64,000 nt of DNA, from positions 7,669 through 71,668 of the forward strand of contig CAZQBT010000002.1 in the NCBI GenBank assembly GCA_964591955.1, given 5' to 3'. The DNA is from an uncultured Brevinematales bacterium. Lineage in GTDB: Bacteria > Spirochaetota > Brevinematia > Brevinematales > CAZQBT01. The position numbers were made by a program, and so were the translations under genes. Of this stretch, positions 28,893 through 38,442 are shown one piece after another. A model generated the notes under the pieces. That model was not told where the DNA came from, did not search any database, and saw only the letters and a program-made list of their open reading frames with translations. Numbering within the stretch: the stretch's first letter is position 1; every line of letters begins with the position of its first letter.

Positions 28893-29645
28893 ATGAGGTT
28901 AGGGCGGTTCGTTCATAAATATAGCGGCGATGAGTTCTCAGGTATTGCCGGGGATGATTTTGTTATCCGTATTGATAATCTTCTTTCTATGAAGAAGATG
29001 GAAGAAATTTCCTTATCTGAACTTGAAGTTTTAACCCCCGTTATGCCGAAAAAGATTGTGGCGGTCGGTTTGAATTACCGTCGCCACGCCGAAGAACTCA
29101 ATATGAAAATTCCCGATGAACCCGTGATTTTTTTGAAACCCGAAAGCGCCGTTTTACCTCATCTGGGGAATATTGTTTACCCTGAGGCTTCCTCCCGCGT
29201 GGATTATGAAGCGGAACTTGCGATTGTAATTAAGCATAAGGCAAAGGGGGTTAGGGTTGATGAGGCGGGCGATTATATTCTCGGGTTTACGCCGTTTAAT
29301 GATGTAACGGCGCGGGATTTGCAGGCTAAAGACGGACAGTGGGCGAGGGCTAAAGGGTTTGATACTTTCGCGCCTTTCGGTCCCTATATTGATACGGATG
29401 TAGGAAACCCCGATAATCTTAAAGTTCAGGCCGTTTTGAACGGCAGGATTGTTCAGGATTCCGATACTTCGGATATGATTTTCCCGGTGGATAGAATTGT
29501 TTCGTTTGTCAGCGGGATTATGACACTTTATCCTGGGGATATTATAGCTACGGGAACACCTGAGGGGATAGGCCCTATGCGGAAAGGCGACGAAATCGTT
29601 ATTCGTATAGGCGAGATGACGGAATTAAAGAATTTCGTTGTGTAA
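28893..29645 (+). CDS. fumarylacetoacetate hydrolase (FAH) family protein
   Basis: FAH-fold blocks VGLNYRRHAEE, DYEAELAIVI, NDVTARDLQ, KGFDTFAPFGP, PGDIIATGTPEGIG. Confidence 0.85.
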   Translation: MRLGRFVHKYSGDEFSGIAGDDFVIRIDNLLSMKKMEEISLSELEVLTPVMPKKIVAVGLNYRRHAEELNMKIPDEPVIFLKPESAVLPHLGNIVYPEASSRVDYEAELAIVIKHKAKGVRVDEAGDYILGFTPFNDVTARDLQAKDGQWARAKGFDTFAPFGPYIDTDVGNPDNLKVQAVLNGRIVQDSDTSDMIFPVDRIVSFVSGIMTLYPGDIIATGTPEGIGPMRKGDEIVIRIGEMTELKNFVV

Positions 29646-29710
29646 ATTTGTTTTTTTTTGATAGTTTGAGTATATTTATACAATAAATTTAATCGGAGGA
29701 ATTATATTAA

Positions 29711-30292
29711 ATGTTAGTGCCTATTGTTGTCGAGCAAAGCAATCGAGGGGAAAGGGCTTATGATATATATTCGCGGTTGCTCAAGGACAGGATTATATTT
29801 TTAGGTTCTGCAATTGTAGATGAGGTTGCGGATTTAATAATCGCGCAGTTGCTTTTTCTTGAGGCGGAAGACCCCGACAAAGATATAAAACTCTATATCA
29901 ATTCTCCCGGGGGCGTTGTAAGTGCGGGGCTTGCCGTTTATGATACTATGCAGTATGTGAAAAGCGATGTTTCGACTATTTGTATAGGTCAGGCGGCATC
30001 TATGGCGGCGGTGCTTCTTGCTGCCGGCGCCGATAAAAAGCGGTTTACTTTGCCTAATTCCAGAATTATGATTCATCAGCCTATGGGAGGCGCACAGGGT
30101 CAGGCTGCCGATATTAAAATCCACGCCGCTGAAATTTTGCGTCTTAAAAGCGACCTTGATAACATTCTTGCCAAGCATACGGGGCAGAAAATCGATAAAA
30201 TTGAAAAGGATACCGACAGAGATTTCTTTATGTCTGCCGAGGAAGCTAAAAAATACGGTATAGTTGATGAAATTATAGAAAAAAGGAAATAA
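29711..30292 (+). CDS. clpP: ATP-dependent Clp protease proteolytic subunit
   Basis: [19 protein letters not shown].., catalytic Ser in GQAASMAA and His in IMIHQP. A GGAGG RBS is present. Confidence 0.95.
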   Translation: MLVPIVVEQSNRGERAYDIYSRLLKDRIIFLGSAIVDEVADLIIAQLLFLEAEDPDKDIKLYINSPGGVVSAGLAVYDTMQYVKSDVSTICIGQAASMAAVLLAAGADKKRFTLPNSRIMIHQPMGGAQGQAADIKIHAAEILRLKSDLDNILAKHTGQKIDKIEKDTDRDFFMSAEEAKKYGIVDEIIEKRK

Positions 30293-30294
30293 AG

Positions 30295-31590
30295 ATGCCA
30301 TCGGGTAGAAAAAATTTGTATTCGGAATTTAATCCGAAATATAAGCCTGTTGTAAGGTGTAATTTTTGCGGCGCTCTGTCAACCGAAGTCGATAAGATGT
30401 TTCAGGGAGACGGCGAGGTTTTTATTTGCGACCGATGTTTGCAAAACTCCTATGAAATTCTTAAACAGGAGCAGGGTAAAAGACTTCAGGAAAATCTTAA
30501 AACTTTACCCCGTCCTAAAGAAATCAAGGATTTTCTTGATGAATATGTGATAGGGCAGGATGACGTCAAAAAGGTTCTTGCCGTTTCGGTTTATAACCAT
30601 TACAAGCGTATTTTTACTCAAAATGCGGTAGAAACCGATGATGACATTGATATAGAAAAAAGCAATATACTTCTTATAGGTCCTACCGGTTGCGGAAAGA
30701 CTTTGCTTGCACGGACTCTTGCGCGTATGTTAAAAGTTCCGTTTGCTATTGCCGATGCCACCACGCTTACGGAGGCGGGCTATGTCGGGGATGACGTGGA
30801 AAACGTTTTGCTTCGTCTTATACAAAACGCTGCGGACGGGGGTTTTGATGCCGAAGACCCGTCTTTGGAAGAAGTAGTAGCGCGCGCGGAAGTCGGGATT
30901 ATTTATATTGATGAGATTGATAAAATCGCCCGAAAAAGCGAAAATATGTCTATAACGAGAGACGTTTCTGGCGAGGGCGTTCAGCAGGCTTTGCTTAAGA
31001 TTATCGAGGGAACTTTGGCAAGTGTCCCCGCTCAAGGCGGAAGAAAGCATCCGCAGCAGAGAAATATTATGATTGATACATCTAATATCCTTTTCATTGT
31101 AGGCGGAGCTTTTGTAGGGCTTGAGGATATTGTCGGCAATCGAATTGGTAAAAAGGAGGTCGGTTTTAAAAGCGATACGGTTATCGCTCCTTCCGACAGA
31201 GCGGAGATAATTAAACAGGCAATTCCTCACGACCTTGTTAAATACGGGCTTATTCCAGAACTTATCGGCAGATTGCCTATTACCTCCGTTTTAAATGAGC
31301 TTGACGAAAATGAGCTGAAGCGTATCCTGACGGAGCCGAAAAATGCTATAATAAAGCAATATAAGAAGCTAATGCAACTTGAAAATATAGAACTTGAATT
31401 TACCGATGAAGCTATTGATGAGATTGTAAAGAAAACAAGTCAACGAAAAACCGGTGCAAGAGGACTTCGGTCGGTTATAGAGGAGATTATGCTGAACATT
31501 ATGTATGAGGTTCCCTCTATGGAAAACGTGAAGAAATGTATAATTTCCAAAGAAGTCATTACCGAAGGTAAAGAGCCTAAAATTGCGTAG
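30295..31590 (+). CDS. clpX: ATP-dependent Clp protease ATP-binding subunit ClpX
   Basis: N-terminal zinc finger CNFCG..CDRC, Walker A GPTGCGKT, the GYVG pore loop, IIYIDEIDK, and a sensor/arginine-finger region. Confidence 0.95.
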   Translation: MPSGRKNLYSEFNPKYKPVVRCNFCGALSTEVDKMFQGDGEVFICDRCLQNSYEILKQEQGKRLQENLKTLPRPKEIKDFLDEYVIGQDDVKKVLAVSVYNHYKRIFTQNAVETDDDIDIEKSNILLIGPTGCGKTLLARTLARMLKVPFAIADATTLTEAGYVGDDVENVLLRLIQNAADGGFDAEDPSLEEVVARAEVGIIYIDEIDKIARKSENMSITRDVSGEGVQQALLKIIEGTLASVPAQGGRKHPQQRNIMIDTSNILFIVGGAFVGLEDIVGNRIGKKEVGFKSDTVIAPSDRAEIIKQAIPHDLVKYGLIPELIGRLPITSVLNELDENELKRILTEPKNAIIKQYKKLMQLENIELEFTDEAIDEIVKKTSQRKTGARGLRSVIEEIMLNIMYEVPSMENVKKCIISKEVITEGKEPKIA

Positions 31591-31599
31591 AGGGAAAAT

Positions 31600-33933
31600 A
31601 TGGGCGAGTTAGATGAAACCGCAACTATGGTAAGAAAAAAACTTCCGTTGATTCCTTTGCGAGGGATTGTTGTATTCCCTTATATGGTTGTGCCTCTTAT
31701 AATCGGGAGAGAAAACTCCGTTCATGCGGTAAACAATGCTTATGAAAACAAACTTCAGCTATTTCTATCGGCTCAACTTGATAAAAATATTGAAGAACCG
31801 ACGGATGAGGATATTTACAAAACCGGCTGTATCGCAAATATTATTGAGGTCATTAATCTTACAAACGGTATGGTCAGGGTGCTTGTTGAGGGGGTAAAAC
31901 GGGCAAGGATTTTGCGTTATATTTCAGTTGACGGATTTTTCTTTGTTGAGGTTGAGGAACTACAAAGCGTATCAAAAGACCCGCAGGAACTTCGCACGCT
32001 CCAAAGGGCGCTTAAAGATAAATTTTCAGAATATATCACTATGAATCCCAAACTTCCCCGTGAAGCGGTTGCTTCCGTTGTTGCTATTGACGACCCGGAA
32101 AAAATTGTCGATGCAGTGATGGCAAACGTGCCGACGCAGGTTGAGGAAAAACAGGCTATACTTGAGGAAGATGATTTAAACGAAAGGCTTATCAAAACTC
32201 TTGCTCTTATTCATTCGGAATTTGAGGTCTTAAAAATCGAAGACAATATCAATAAACGCGTTCACGACCGTATGGAAAAGATGCAGAAAAAATATTTTTT
32301 AAATGAGCAGTTAAAAGAGATAAAAAAAGAGCTTAACGAGGATGATTATGAAGATGAATCCTTGAAAGGTTTGCAGACCCGCGCATCCAATAAAAAAATG
32401 CCGAAATATGTAAAATCCAAATTTGATAAGGAATTAGAGCGACTGACCCGTATTCCTACTATGTCGCCGGAATATACCGTTTTATATAATTATCTTGAAT
32501 GGCTTGCGGATATTCCGTGGGGAATTTTAACTTCGGATAATAAGGATTTGTCCAAGGCGGAGAAGATTTTGGAGGAAGAGCATTACGGATTGGAAGAAGC
32601 CAAAGAGAGAATCCTTGATTTTATTGCTATAAGGCAACTCAGTTCAAAATCAAAGGGACCTATTATTTGTCTTGTGGGTCCTCCCGGCACCGGAAAAACC
32701 TCATTGGCGCGTTCGGTAGCTCATGCTTTGGGGCGAAAATTTGTGCGTTTCTCACTCGGCGGGGTAAGGGATGAGGCGGAGATTCGCGGACACAGACGGA
32801 CTTATGTCGGGGCTATGCCGGGTAAAGTGGTTCAGATGATTAAGCGCGCGGGAACGATGAACCCTGTCTTTCTTCTTGACGAGATTGATAAAATGAATAC
32901 CGATTTTAGGGGCGACCCCAGTTCGGCTTTGCTTGAGGTTTTAGACCCCGAACAGAATAACTCCTTTAATGACCATTATATTTCGCTTGATTTTGATTTA
33001 TCCCATGTGTTTTTTATTACGACCGCGAATAATCTATATAAGATACCGCCGCCGTTGCTTGACAGGATGGAGGTTATCGAAATACCGGGATATACCGAAC
33101 TTGAGAAAAAGGAAATTGCCAAAAAGTTTCTAATCCCGAAACAGAAGAATGAAAACGGGCTTGAAAATTTGCAAATCAAGTTTTCGGATGAGGCTATTTT
33201 GGATATTGTCAGGTATTATACAAAGGAAGCCGGGGTTAGAAACCTTGAACGCAATATCGGGAAAATAATACGCAAGGTTGCGCGTCAGAAAGTAAAAAAA
33301 GGATTCAAAAGTGTTAAGATTGGAAGCGATAATATCGAAAAGTATTTAGGGGTAAGAAAATTTGATTATACAATCGCGCAAAAAAACCCCCGTGTCGGGA
33401 TTATTGCCGGGCTTGCATGGACTGAAGCGGGCGGCGACGTTATATATATTGAAAGTTCCGTTTTTAAAGGCAAGGGCAACCTGATACTTACGGGGAAACT
33501 CGGCGAGGTTATGCAGGAATCGGCGAAAATTGCTTATTCCTACGCCCGTGAAATTTCCTATAAGTATGATATTCCCCCGGAACATTTTTTTGAAACCGAT
33601 TTGCATATTCATGTTCCCGAAGGAGCTATACCTAAGGACGGTCCTTCTGCCGGTGTTACTATGATTAGTTCAATAATTTCGACTTTTTCCAAAAAGCCCG
33701 CCCGTCATGACTGGGCTATGACGGGCGAAATTACGCTTAAAGGGGATGTGCTTCCTATCGGGGGGTTACGTGAAAAACTCCTTGCTGCAAAACGAGGGGG
33801 GATTTTCAATGTTATTATACCGAGTAAAAATGAGAAGGATATTAAAGAAATGTCCTCTCAAATTTTGAAAGATTTGAATATTATGTATGTGGAAAGGGTT
33901 GAAGAGGTGCTTGAGCAGATTATTATTTATTAA
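31600..33933 (+). CDS. lon: ATP-dependent protease Lon (LonA)
   Basis: 777-aa ORF with an N-terminal LON domain, Walker [10 protein letters not shown], and the catalytic block DGPSAGVTM with the downstream K. Confidence 0.95.
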   Translation: MGELDETATMVRKKLPLIPLRGIVVFPYMVVPLIIGRENSVHAVNNAYENKLQLFLSAQLDKNIEEPTDEDIYKTGCIANIIEVINLTNGMVRVLVEGVKRARILRYISVDGFFFVEVEELQSVSKDPQELRTLQRALKDKFSEYITMNPKLPREAVASVVAIDDPEKIVDAVMANVPTQVEEKQAILEEDDLNERLIKTLALIHSEFEVLKIEDNINKRVHDRMEKMQKKYFLNEQLKEIKKELNEDDYEDESLKGLQTRASNKKMPKYVKSKFDKELERLTRIPTMSPEYTVLYNYLEWLADIPWGILTSDNKDLSKAEKILEEEHYGLEEAKERILDFIAIRQLSSKSKGPIICLVGPPGTGKTSLARSVAHALGRKFVRFSLGGVRDEAEIRGHRRTYVGAMPGKVVQMIKRAGTMNPVFLLDEIDKMNTDFRGDPSSALLEVLDPEQNNSFNDHYISLDFDLSHVFFITTANNLYKIPPPLLDRMEVIEIPGYTELEKKEIAKKFLIPKQKNENGLENLQIKFSDEAILDIVRYYTKEAGVRNLERNIGKIIRKVARQKVKKGFKSVKIGSDNIEKYLGVRKFDYTIAQKNPRVGIIAGLAWTEAGGDVIYIESSVFKGKGNLILTGKLGEVMQESAKIAYSYAREISYKYDIPPEHFFETDLHIHVPEGAIPKDGPSAGVTMISSIISTFSKKPARHDWAMTGEITLKGDVLPIGGLREKLLAAKRGGIFNVIIPSKNEKDIKEMSSQILKDLNIMYVERVEEVLEQIIIY

Positions 33934-34046
33934 GAAAAGAAATAATCGCTAAAATAAGGAAAAAATACTTGACAAAATGAAAAAATAATGGAAAATATAT
34001 ATATAGTTAAAATTTAAAAAGTAAAAACTTGAAACAGGAGAGAGTT

Positions 34047-34739
34047 ATGAAAAGGAATTTGATTCTCCTAACGGGAATAATTTTGGTTGGGCTTAGTGTT
34101 AGGGTATATGCGGCTCACAATATACCTACTGACCCATTTACGTCTGCGGGTCCTGATGCGATACCACAACTTATGGAAATGGCGGCTTCGGATGACCCGT
34201 CGGATATGGATTTGAGAATTAGAGCGATTCAACGCTTAGGCGAATTGAAGTCGGCAGAAGCAGTTCCGATAATAATTGATTCCTTGGGATACGGGTCTGA
34301 GGCTATTATTCGTCAGGCCGGTGGAGCAAGAGTCTTTACGTGGAGAGTTCGCGTAGTATCGGCAAAGGCTTTGGCGGAAATTGGAGATGAACGTGCGATT
34401 GCCCCGTTATCGAGACGCGTGTGGTATGATGAAGACAATACCGTTAGACGTGCCGCAGTTCAGGCTCTCGGGCTTATGGGTGAGGCTGCAAGAAGGAAAG
34501 AGACGCTTGAGTTCCTGCATTCTATTCTTGAGAGGACTCAGGATAATGCGCTTGCCGCTGATATTTGTGAGGCTTTGGGTAAAATCGGCGACAAGGCTTC
34601 GTTTGTTCCTCTTTTGCGGGTAACTCAGGGGAGATTCCTTAATTACACTAAGGAACAGGCTCAGAAGGGTATTGCTCAGTTGAAATGGCATCTTCCGTCG
34701 GTCTTTGATGATGACCCGAAAGCTGCTGCATACGAATAA
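34047..34739 (+). CDS. exported HEAT-repeat (PBS-lyase HEAT-like) protein
   Basis: ATG at 34047 with an AGGAGAG RBS and signal/anchor peptide MKRNLILLTGIILVGLSVRVYA. Repeats of R.RAI..LGEL....AVP.L and VRRAAVQALG type. It is GC-richer than its neighbours. Confidence 0.7.
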   Translation: MKRNLILLTGIILVGLSVRVYAAHNIPTDPFTSAGPDAIPQLMEMAASDDPSDMDLRIRAIQRLGELKSAEAVPIIIDSLGYGSEAIIRQAGGARVFTWRVRVVSAKALAEIGDERAIAPLSRRVWYDEDNTVRRAAVQALGLMGEAARRKETLEFLHSILERTQDNALAADICEALGKIGDKASFVPLLRVTQGRFLNYTKEQAQKGIAQLKWHLPSVFDDDPKAAAYE

Positions 34740-34755
34740 GTTTGGGTGTTTTAAT

Positions 34756-34791
34756 AAAAAAACCTGTGCCGATAAAAGCACAGGTTTTTTT
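34756..34791. terminator. bidirectional rho-independent terminator
   Basis: A7-CCTGTGC-(8-nt loop)-GCACAGG-T7. It lies between the convergent genes ending at 34739 (+) and 34808 (-). Confidence 0.8.
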
Positions 34792-34807
34792 ATTTTTTTC
34801 CTTTAGC

Positions 34808-35146
34808 CTATGGAAGTCTTCCCTGTAACGGATTTACAAATGTCGATCTTCTTAGTTGCTTGATATCCAAAGATATTAATATCGGGTTTCTTCCCTCGGT
34901 GGTAATGAATATAGCGCCGTATGTAAATAATTGCCCCTGATATTCCCGTCCGTCATACCTTAACCTAATCTTCATATGGGTTTCCTCAAGAATTTCCACG
35001 TTTTTATACTCCTGCGCCGGGACACCAAGGGTAGTGTATATAAATCCTTTGTAAGGAAAGCGGGGCTCCGTAACTATTACGGAAAAACTGTTTACGGTAA
35101 ATCCGAAGATAAACAATACCGATAATATCCAAAAACTCCTTTTCAT
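34808..35146 (-). CDS. hypothetical small secreted protein
   Basis: 112-aa ORF with an AGGAGG RBS and signal peptide MKRSFWILSVLFIFGFTVNSFS. No motif is recognised. Confidence 0.55.
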   Translation of the reverse strand: MKRSFWILSVLFIFGFTVNSFSVIVTEPRFPYKGFIYTTLGVPAQEYKNVEILEETHMKIRLRYDGREYQGQLFTYGAIFITTEGRNPILISLDIKQLRRSTFVNPLQGRLP

Positions 35147-35198
35147 ATAATCCTCCTGTGTTTTAGCTGTATTATTGTATTAGCGATAATCCATTATG

Positions 35199-35846
35199 TC
35201 AAGAACTTTTTTGAATGGCGTTGTTGAAATTAAGCATACCGGTTAGAATATCCAATTCCTTAATCAAATCGACTTCACGGTAGAAAATATCGTTAGGCAG
35301 AGATAGTTTAATCGGCGCGAAATTCATTATTGCCTTGATATTGCAGTCAACCAATTTGTCGGCTATTGCCTGTGCGCTGTCTGCCGGAACGGTTATAAGC
35401 CCGATATTAAAATCAATATGCTTGTTTATTGTATCAAAGTTTTTTATATCAATTCCTTCAATGGAAATTCCGATTTTTGCGGGGTCGTTATCGTATAACT
35501 TTACCACGCTGTAATTTGATGATGTATTATTCAGTATATAACGGAGGATTGCACGACCGAGATTTCCTATTCCTATAAGCGCGAGTTTCCATATTTTATT
35601 TTTACCCAAGATATTTTCTATACCGGATTTAAGCGCATTAATGGAGTAACCCATACCTCGCTTTCCTATTTTCCCGATAAGGCTTAAATCCCGTCTAATT
35701 AAAGACGGGTCTATATTCAATAGATATGAGAGTTCATTGGAATCGGTGAACTCTTTTTGATTATTATCGCTTATCATTTTATTCAGGCATCGATAATAGA
35801 TAGAAAAACGTTCAAAAATGAGGTTGCTAAATATCTTGTCTTTCAT
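35199..35846 (-). CDS. rex: redox-sensing transcriptional repressor Rex
   Basis: Winged-helix block SNELS..L..DPSLIRRDLSLIGKIGKRGMGY, plus Rossmann motif ALIGIGNLGRAIL. The start is the ATG at 35846 (M50 of the ORF-track ORF), overlapping the alr stop by 20 nt. Confidence 0.88.
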   Translation of the reverse strand: MKDKIFSNLIFERFSIYYRCLNKMISDNNQKEFTDSNELSYLLNIDPSLIRRDLSLIGKIGKRGMGYSINALKSGIENILGKNKIWKLALIGIGNLGRAILRYILNNTSSNYSVVKLYDNDPAKIGISIEGIDIKNFDTINKHIDFNIGLITVPADSAQAIADKLVDCNIKAIMNFAPIKLSLPNDIFYREVDLIKELDILTGMLNFNNAIQKSS

Positions 35847-36972
35847 CTTCTTTCCTTGTGAAAATTCTCGGCACCCGCTTTGAAATACCACAAGTAACCT
35901 CATAAGGTATTTTATTGCATAATTTTCCGAATTGCTCAACGGATAGTTTTCCTTTTCCGAATATAGTAACCTCATCCCCGATAGCAACATCATATTCGTT
36001 TTTACCGAGACTTATCATCATATAATCCATACATATCCTGCCCACTACCGGGTAATAAAAATCGCCTATAATAACTTTGCCTTTATTGGAATATACAACA
36101 GGGATTCCATCGGCATAACCTACAGGAATAACGGCAATATATTCTTCATCGGCTTTTACCGTGTATGTGCGAAGATAACTAACGGACTGTCCCTTTTTAA
36201 GTTTTTTTATGGAGACAATCCTTGCTTTAAGTGACATAGAATTTTGAAGTTCTTTTATTGAGGACGTGGAATACCCGTATATAGAAAGTCCCGGTCTTAT
36301 CATAGTGAAAGGTTCGCTATAAGACTCGGGGATATTAAAAATAGCGGCACTGTTTGCAATATGGAAATGCTTAATTTTTATGCCAAGTCTTTTTGTTTCC
36401 TTAACCAGATTGGCAAAGGCGTTTAATTGCTTCAGGGAGAACTCCCTGTCGTTTTCGGCGGATGGGAAATGGGTAAAAAGTCCGTCGATTATTACGCCTT
36501 CAATATTGGCAATTTGTTCAATTTCGAGAAGAGCGTTTTCGATAGGGATACCAAGCCTGCCCATCCCGCTGTCGATTTTTATATGAACTTTGGGGTAAAC
36601 TCCCCTGTATTTATAGGATTCGCTTAATTCTTTTGCATATTCAAGGCTTATAACGGTAGGGTAGATATTAAACTGTATCAGTTTTCCGAATTCCTGAGTC
36701 TCGACCGGTCCTAAAATCAGGATTGCACAGGATATTCCGGAATCACGAAGCTCTATCGCCTCGTCAATATTTGATACGGCAAGATATTCCACACCGAGTT
36801 TAAGCATCTCCTGAGATATGGAAACAGCGCCATGCCCGTAAGCATCCGCTTTAACTACCGCCATTATCGAAATGCTGTCATCAAGTTTGGATTTAATAGT
36901 GAAAAAATTTTGCCGGATTGCATCGATATTGACTTCCGTCCAAGTAGGGCGATGCGATTTGTAGAGATACAT
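35827..36972 (-). CDS. alr: alanine racemase
   Basis: PLP-lysine block AVVKADAYGHG. The C-terminal domain with the VGYADG and GRICMD motifs is present. Confidence 0.92.
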   Translation of the reverse strand: MYLYKSHRPTWTEVNIDAIRQNFFTIKSKLDDSISIMAVVKADAYGHGAVSISQEMLKLGVEYLAVSNIDEAIELRDSGISCAILILGPVETQEFGKLIQFNIYPTVISLEYAKELSESYKYRGVYPKVHIKIDSGMGRLGIPIENALLEIEQIANIEGVIIDGLFTHFPSAENDREFSLKQLNAFANLVKETKRLGIKIKHFHIANSAAIFNIPESYSEPFTMIRPGLSIYGYSTSSIKELQNSMSLKARIVSIKKLKKGQSVSYLRTYTVKADEEYIAVIPVGYADGIPVVYSNKGKVIIGDFYYPVVGRICMDYMMISLGKNEYDVAIGDEVTIFGKGKLSVEQFGKLCNKIPYEVTCGISKRVPRIFTRKEDERQDI

Positions 36973-37072
36973 TTCAAACTCCTATAATTTAACGAACTTC
37001 GGTTTTTCCCGATTAACCGCCTATAATTTTACAATTTATTCTACGATATATCAATTAACAGGCAACTAAATT

Positions 37073-38080
37073 TTAAAGCTGTTTGGAAATTAATTCAATC
37101 AAGCGATTTTTAAACTCATCAAATGTGAGTTGATTGGTTTTACATCCCGCAGCACGCATATGTCCGCCTCCTCCGAAATAGGAAGCTATTTTGGCAACAT
37201 CTACATCAAACTTGCTTCTAAGACTTGCGGAATATAACCCCGGTTCTTTTTCTTTTATAAGGAAATACACCGAGACCGTATCAATTATACCCATATTTTC
37301 TATAATTCCATCGGTGTCCGTATCATTCATTTCCTCAAAATCTTCAATAAATATATACGAAAGGGCGATACGGTTTTCGCAATATAATTCCAAACGGCTC
37401 AGGGAAAGCGTGAGAAGTTTTATATAACAAATCCTTCGGCTTTGATATAAAAATATAGTAAACTCGCTGGGAACTACCCCTATTTCCATCAAATCGCAGG
37501 CAATAAGGTGAACGGCGGGATGCATACGGTCGTATTTAAAAGAGCCGGTATCGGTGATTATAGACACATAAATATCTATTGCCATATCATAGCTTATTTC
37601 TATATCGTTTATTTTGAAAAAATAGTATAGAATTTCCCCGATACTGCACGCTTTTTCGTCTATTATGTTTATATCGCCGAAGTTAGTATTTTCAAGGTGA
37701 TGGTCGATATTGACGAGAGTAATATTATCCTTGACGAATTCGCTTACTTTTCCGATTCTGTCTATATCCCCGGAATCAACGGCAATCATAAGGTCATATT
37801 CCCCGTCTTCTATTATGACATTGTCGGTTTTCTGCATAAGATTATGGTTTGGGAGGAAGCGAAGATGCACCGGAACAGGGTCATCATCTACGATTATAAA
37901 TTTTTTGCCGATTGAATCCAAATATTCACCTAAAGCGAGTTGGCTTCCTATGTTATCTCCATCGGGGTTTATATGCCCCGTTATAATTATCCCGTCCGAT
38001 TTTTGGATTAGATTAAAAAGAGAAACTAAGTCTTTTTTTAAGTTCGGATTAATTGTTATCGTCTTTGATATGGTCGTCAT
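37073..38080 (-). CDS. nrnA: DHH/DHHA1 phosphoesterase (NrnA-like oligoribonuclease/pAp phosphatase)
   Basis: Motifs GHINPDGDNIGS, VDSGD, NIDHH and DHHA1 GGGGHMRAAG. It lies downstream of rbfA, as in many genomes. Confidence 0.85.
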   Translation of the reverse strand: MTTISKTITINPNLKKDLVSLFNLIQKSDGIIITGHINPDGDNIGSQLALGEYLDSIGKKFIIVDDDPVPVHLRFLPNHNLMQKTDNVIIEDGEYDLMIAVDSGDIDRIGKVSEFVKDNITLVNIDHHLENTNFGDINIIDEKACSIGEILYYFFKINDIEISYDMAIDIYVSIITDTGSFKYDRMHPAVHLIACDLMEIGVVPSEFTIFLYQSRRICYIKLLTLSLSRLELYCENRIALSYIFIEDFEEMNDTDTDGIIENMGIIDTVSVYFLIKEKEPGLYSASLRSKFDVDVAKIASYFGGGGHMRAAGCKTNQLTFDEFKNRLIELISKQL

Positions 38081-38432
38081 CAGCCAAATCCTTTAAAGTA
38101 TAATATATATCCATACCTTTTTCGATAGAATCCGTTCTTTCAAAAACTATCTGAGGTGCCCAGCGAAGTCTCATATTTTTACTTACGACAGAACTGATAA
38201 ATCCTGAAGCGTTGTTAAGGGCAGCTAAAGTTTTAATGTTTTCGGTTTCGTTTCCGTCTTTGGAATAGAGGCTAACCTTAACTTTAGCGTGTTTCATATC
38301 GCGGCTTATTTCGGCGCTAAGGACAGTTGCCATAGACAGGAGGCGAGGGTCTTTAACCTCCCTTGCAATAACTTCGCTGATTTCTTTAGCCAACATACTG
38401 TTGATTTTTTCGATTCTTCTTTCTGACGGCAT
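38049..38432 (-). CDS. rbfA: ribosome-binding factor A
   Basis: RIEKINSMLAKEISEVI..EVKDPRL is the typical RbfA N-terminus. The start is the ATG at 38432 (M60 of the ORF-track ORF). The 3' end overlaps the nrnA start by 32 nt. Confidence 0.88.
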   Translation of the reverse strand: MPSERRIEKINSMLAKEISEVIAREVKDPRLLSMATVLSAEISRDMKHAKVKVSLYSKDGNETENIKTLAALNNASGFISSVVSKNMRLRWAPQIVFERTDSIEKGMDIYYTLKDLADDDHIKDDNN

Positions 38433-38442
38433 AATAACCTCG

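Noticed and set aside
35856-35874. TTGTGAA half-site resembling a Rex operator just upstream of the rex start
   Set aside because: The second half (TTCTCGG) matches TTCACAA at only 4 of 7 positions and the spacing is wrong. The site lies inside the alr coding sequence. I could not scan the whole window exhaustively for full Rex boxes.
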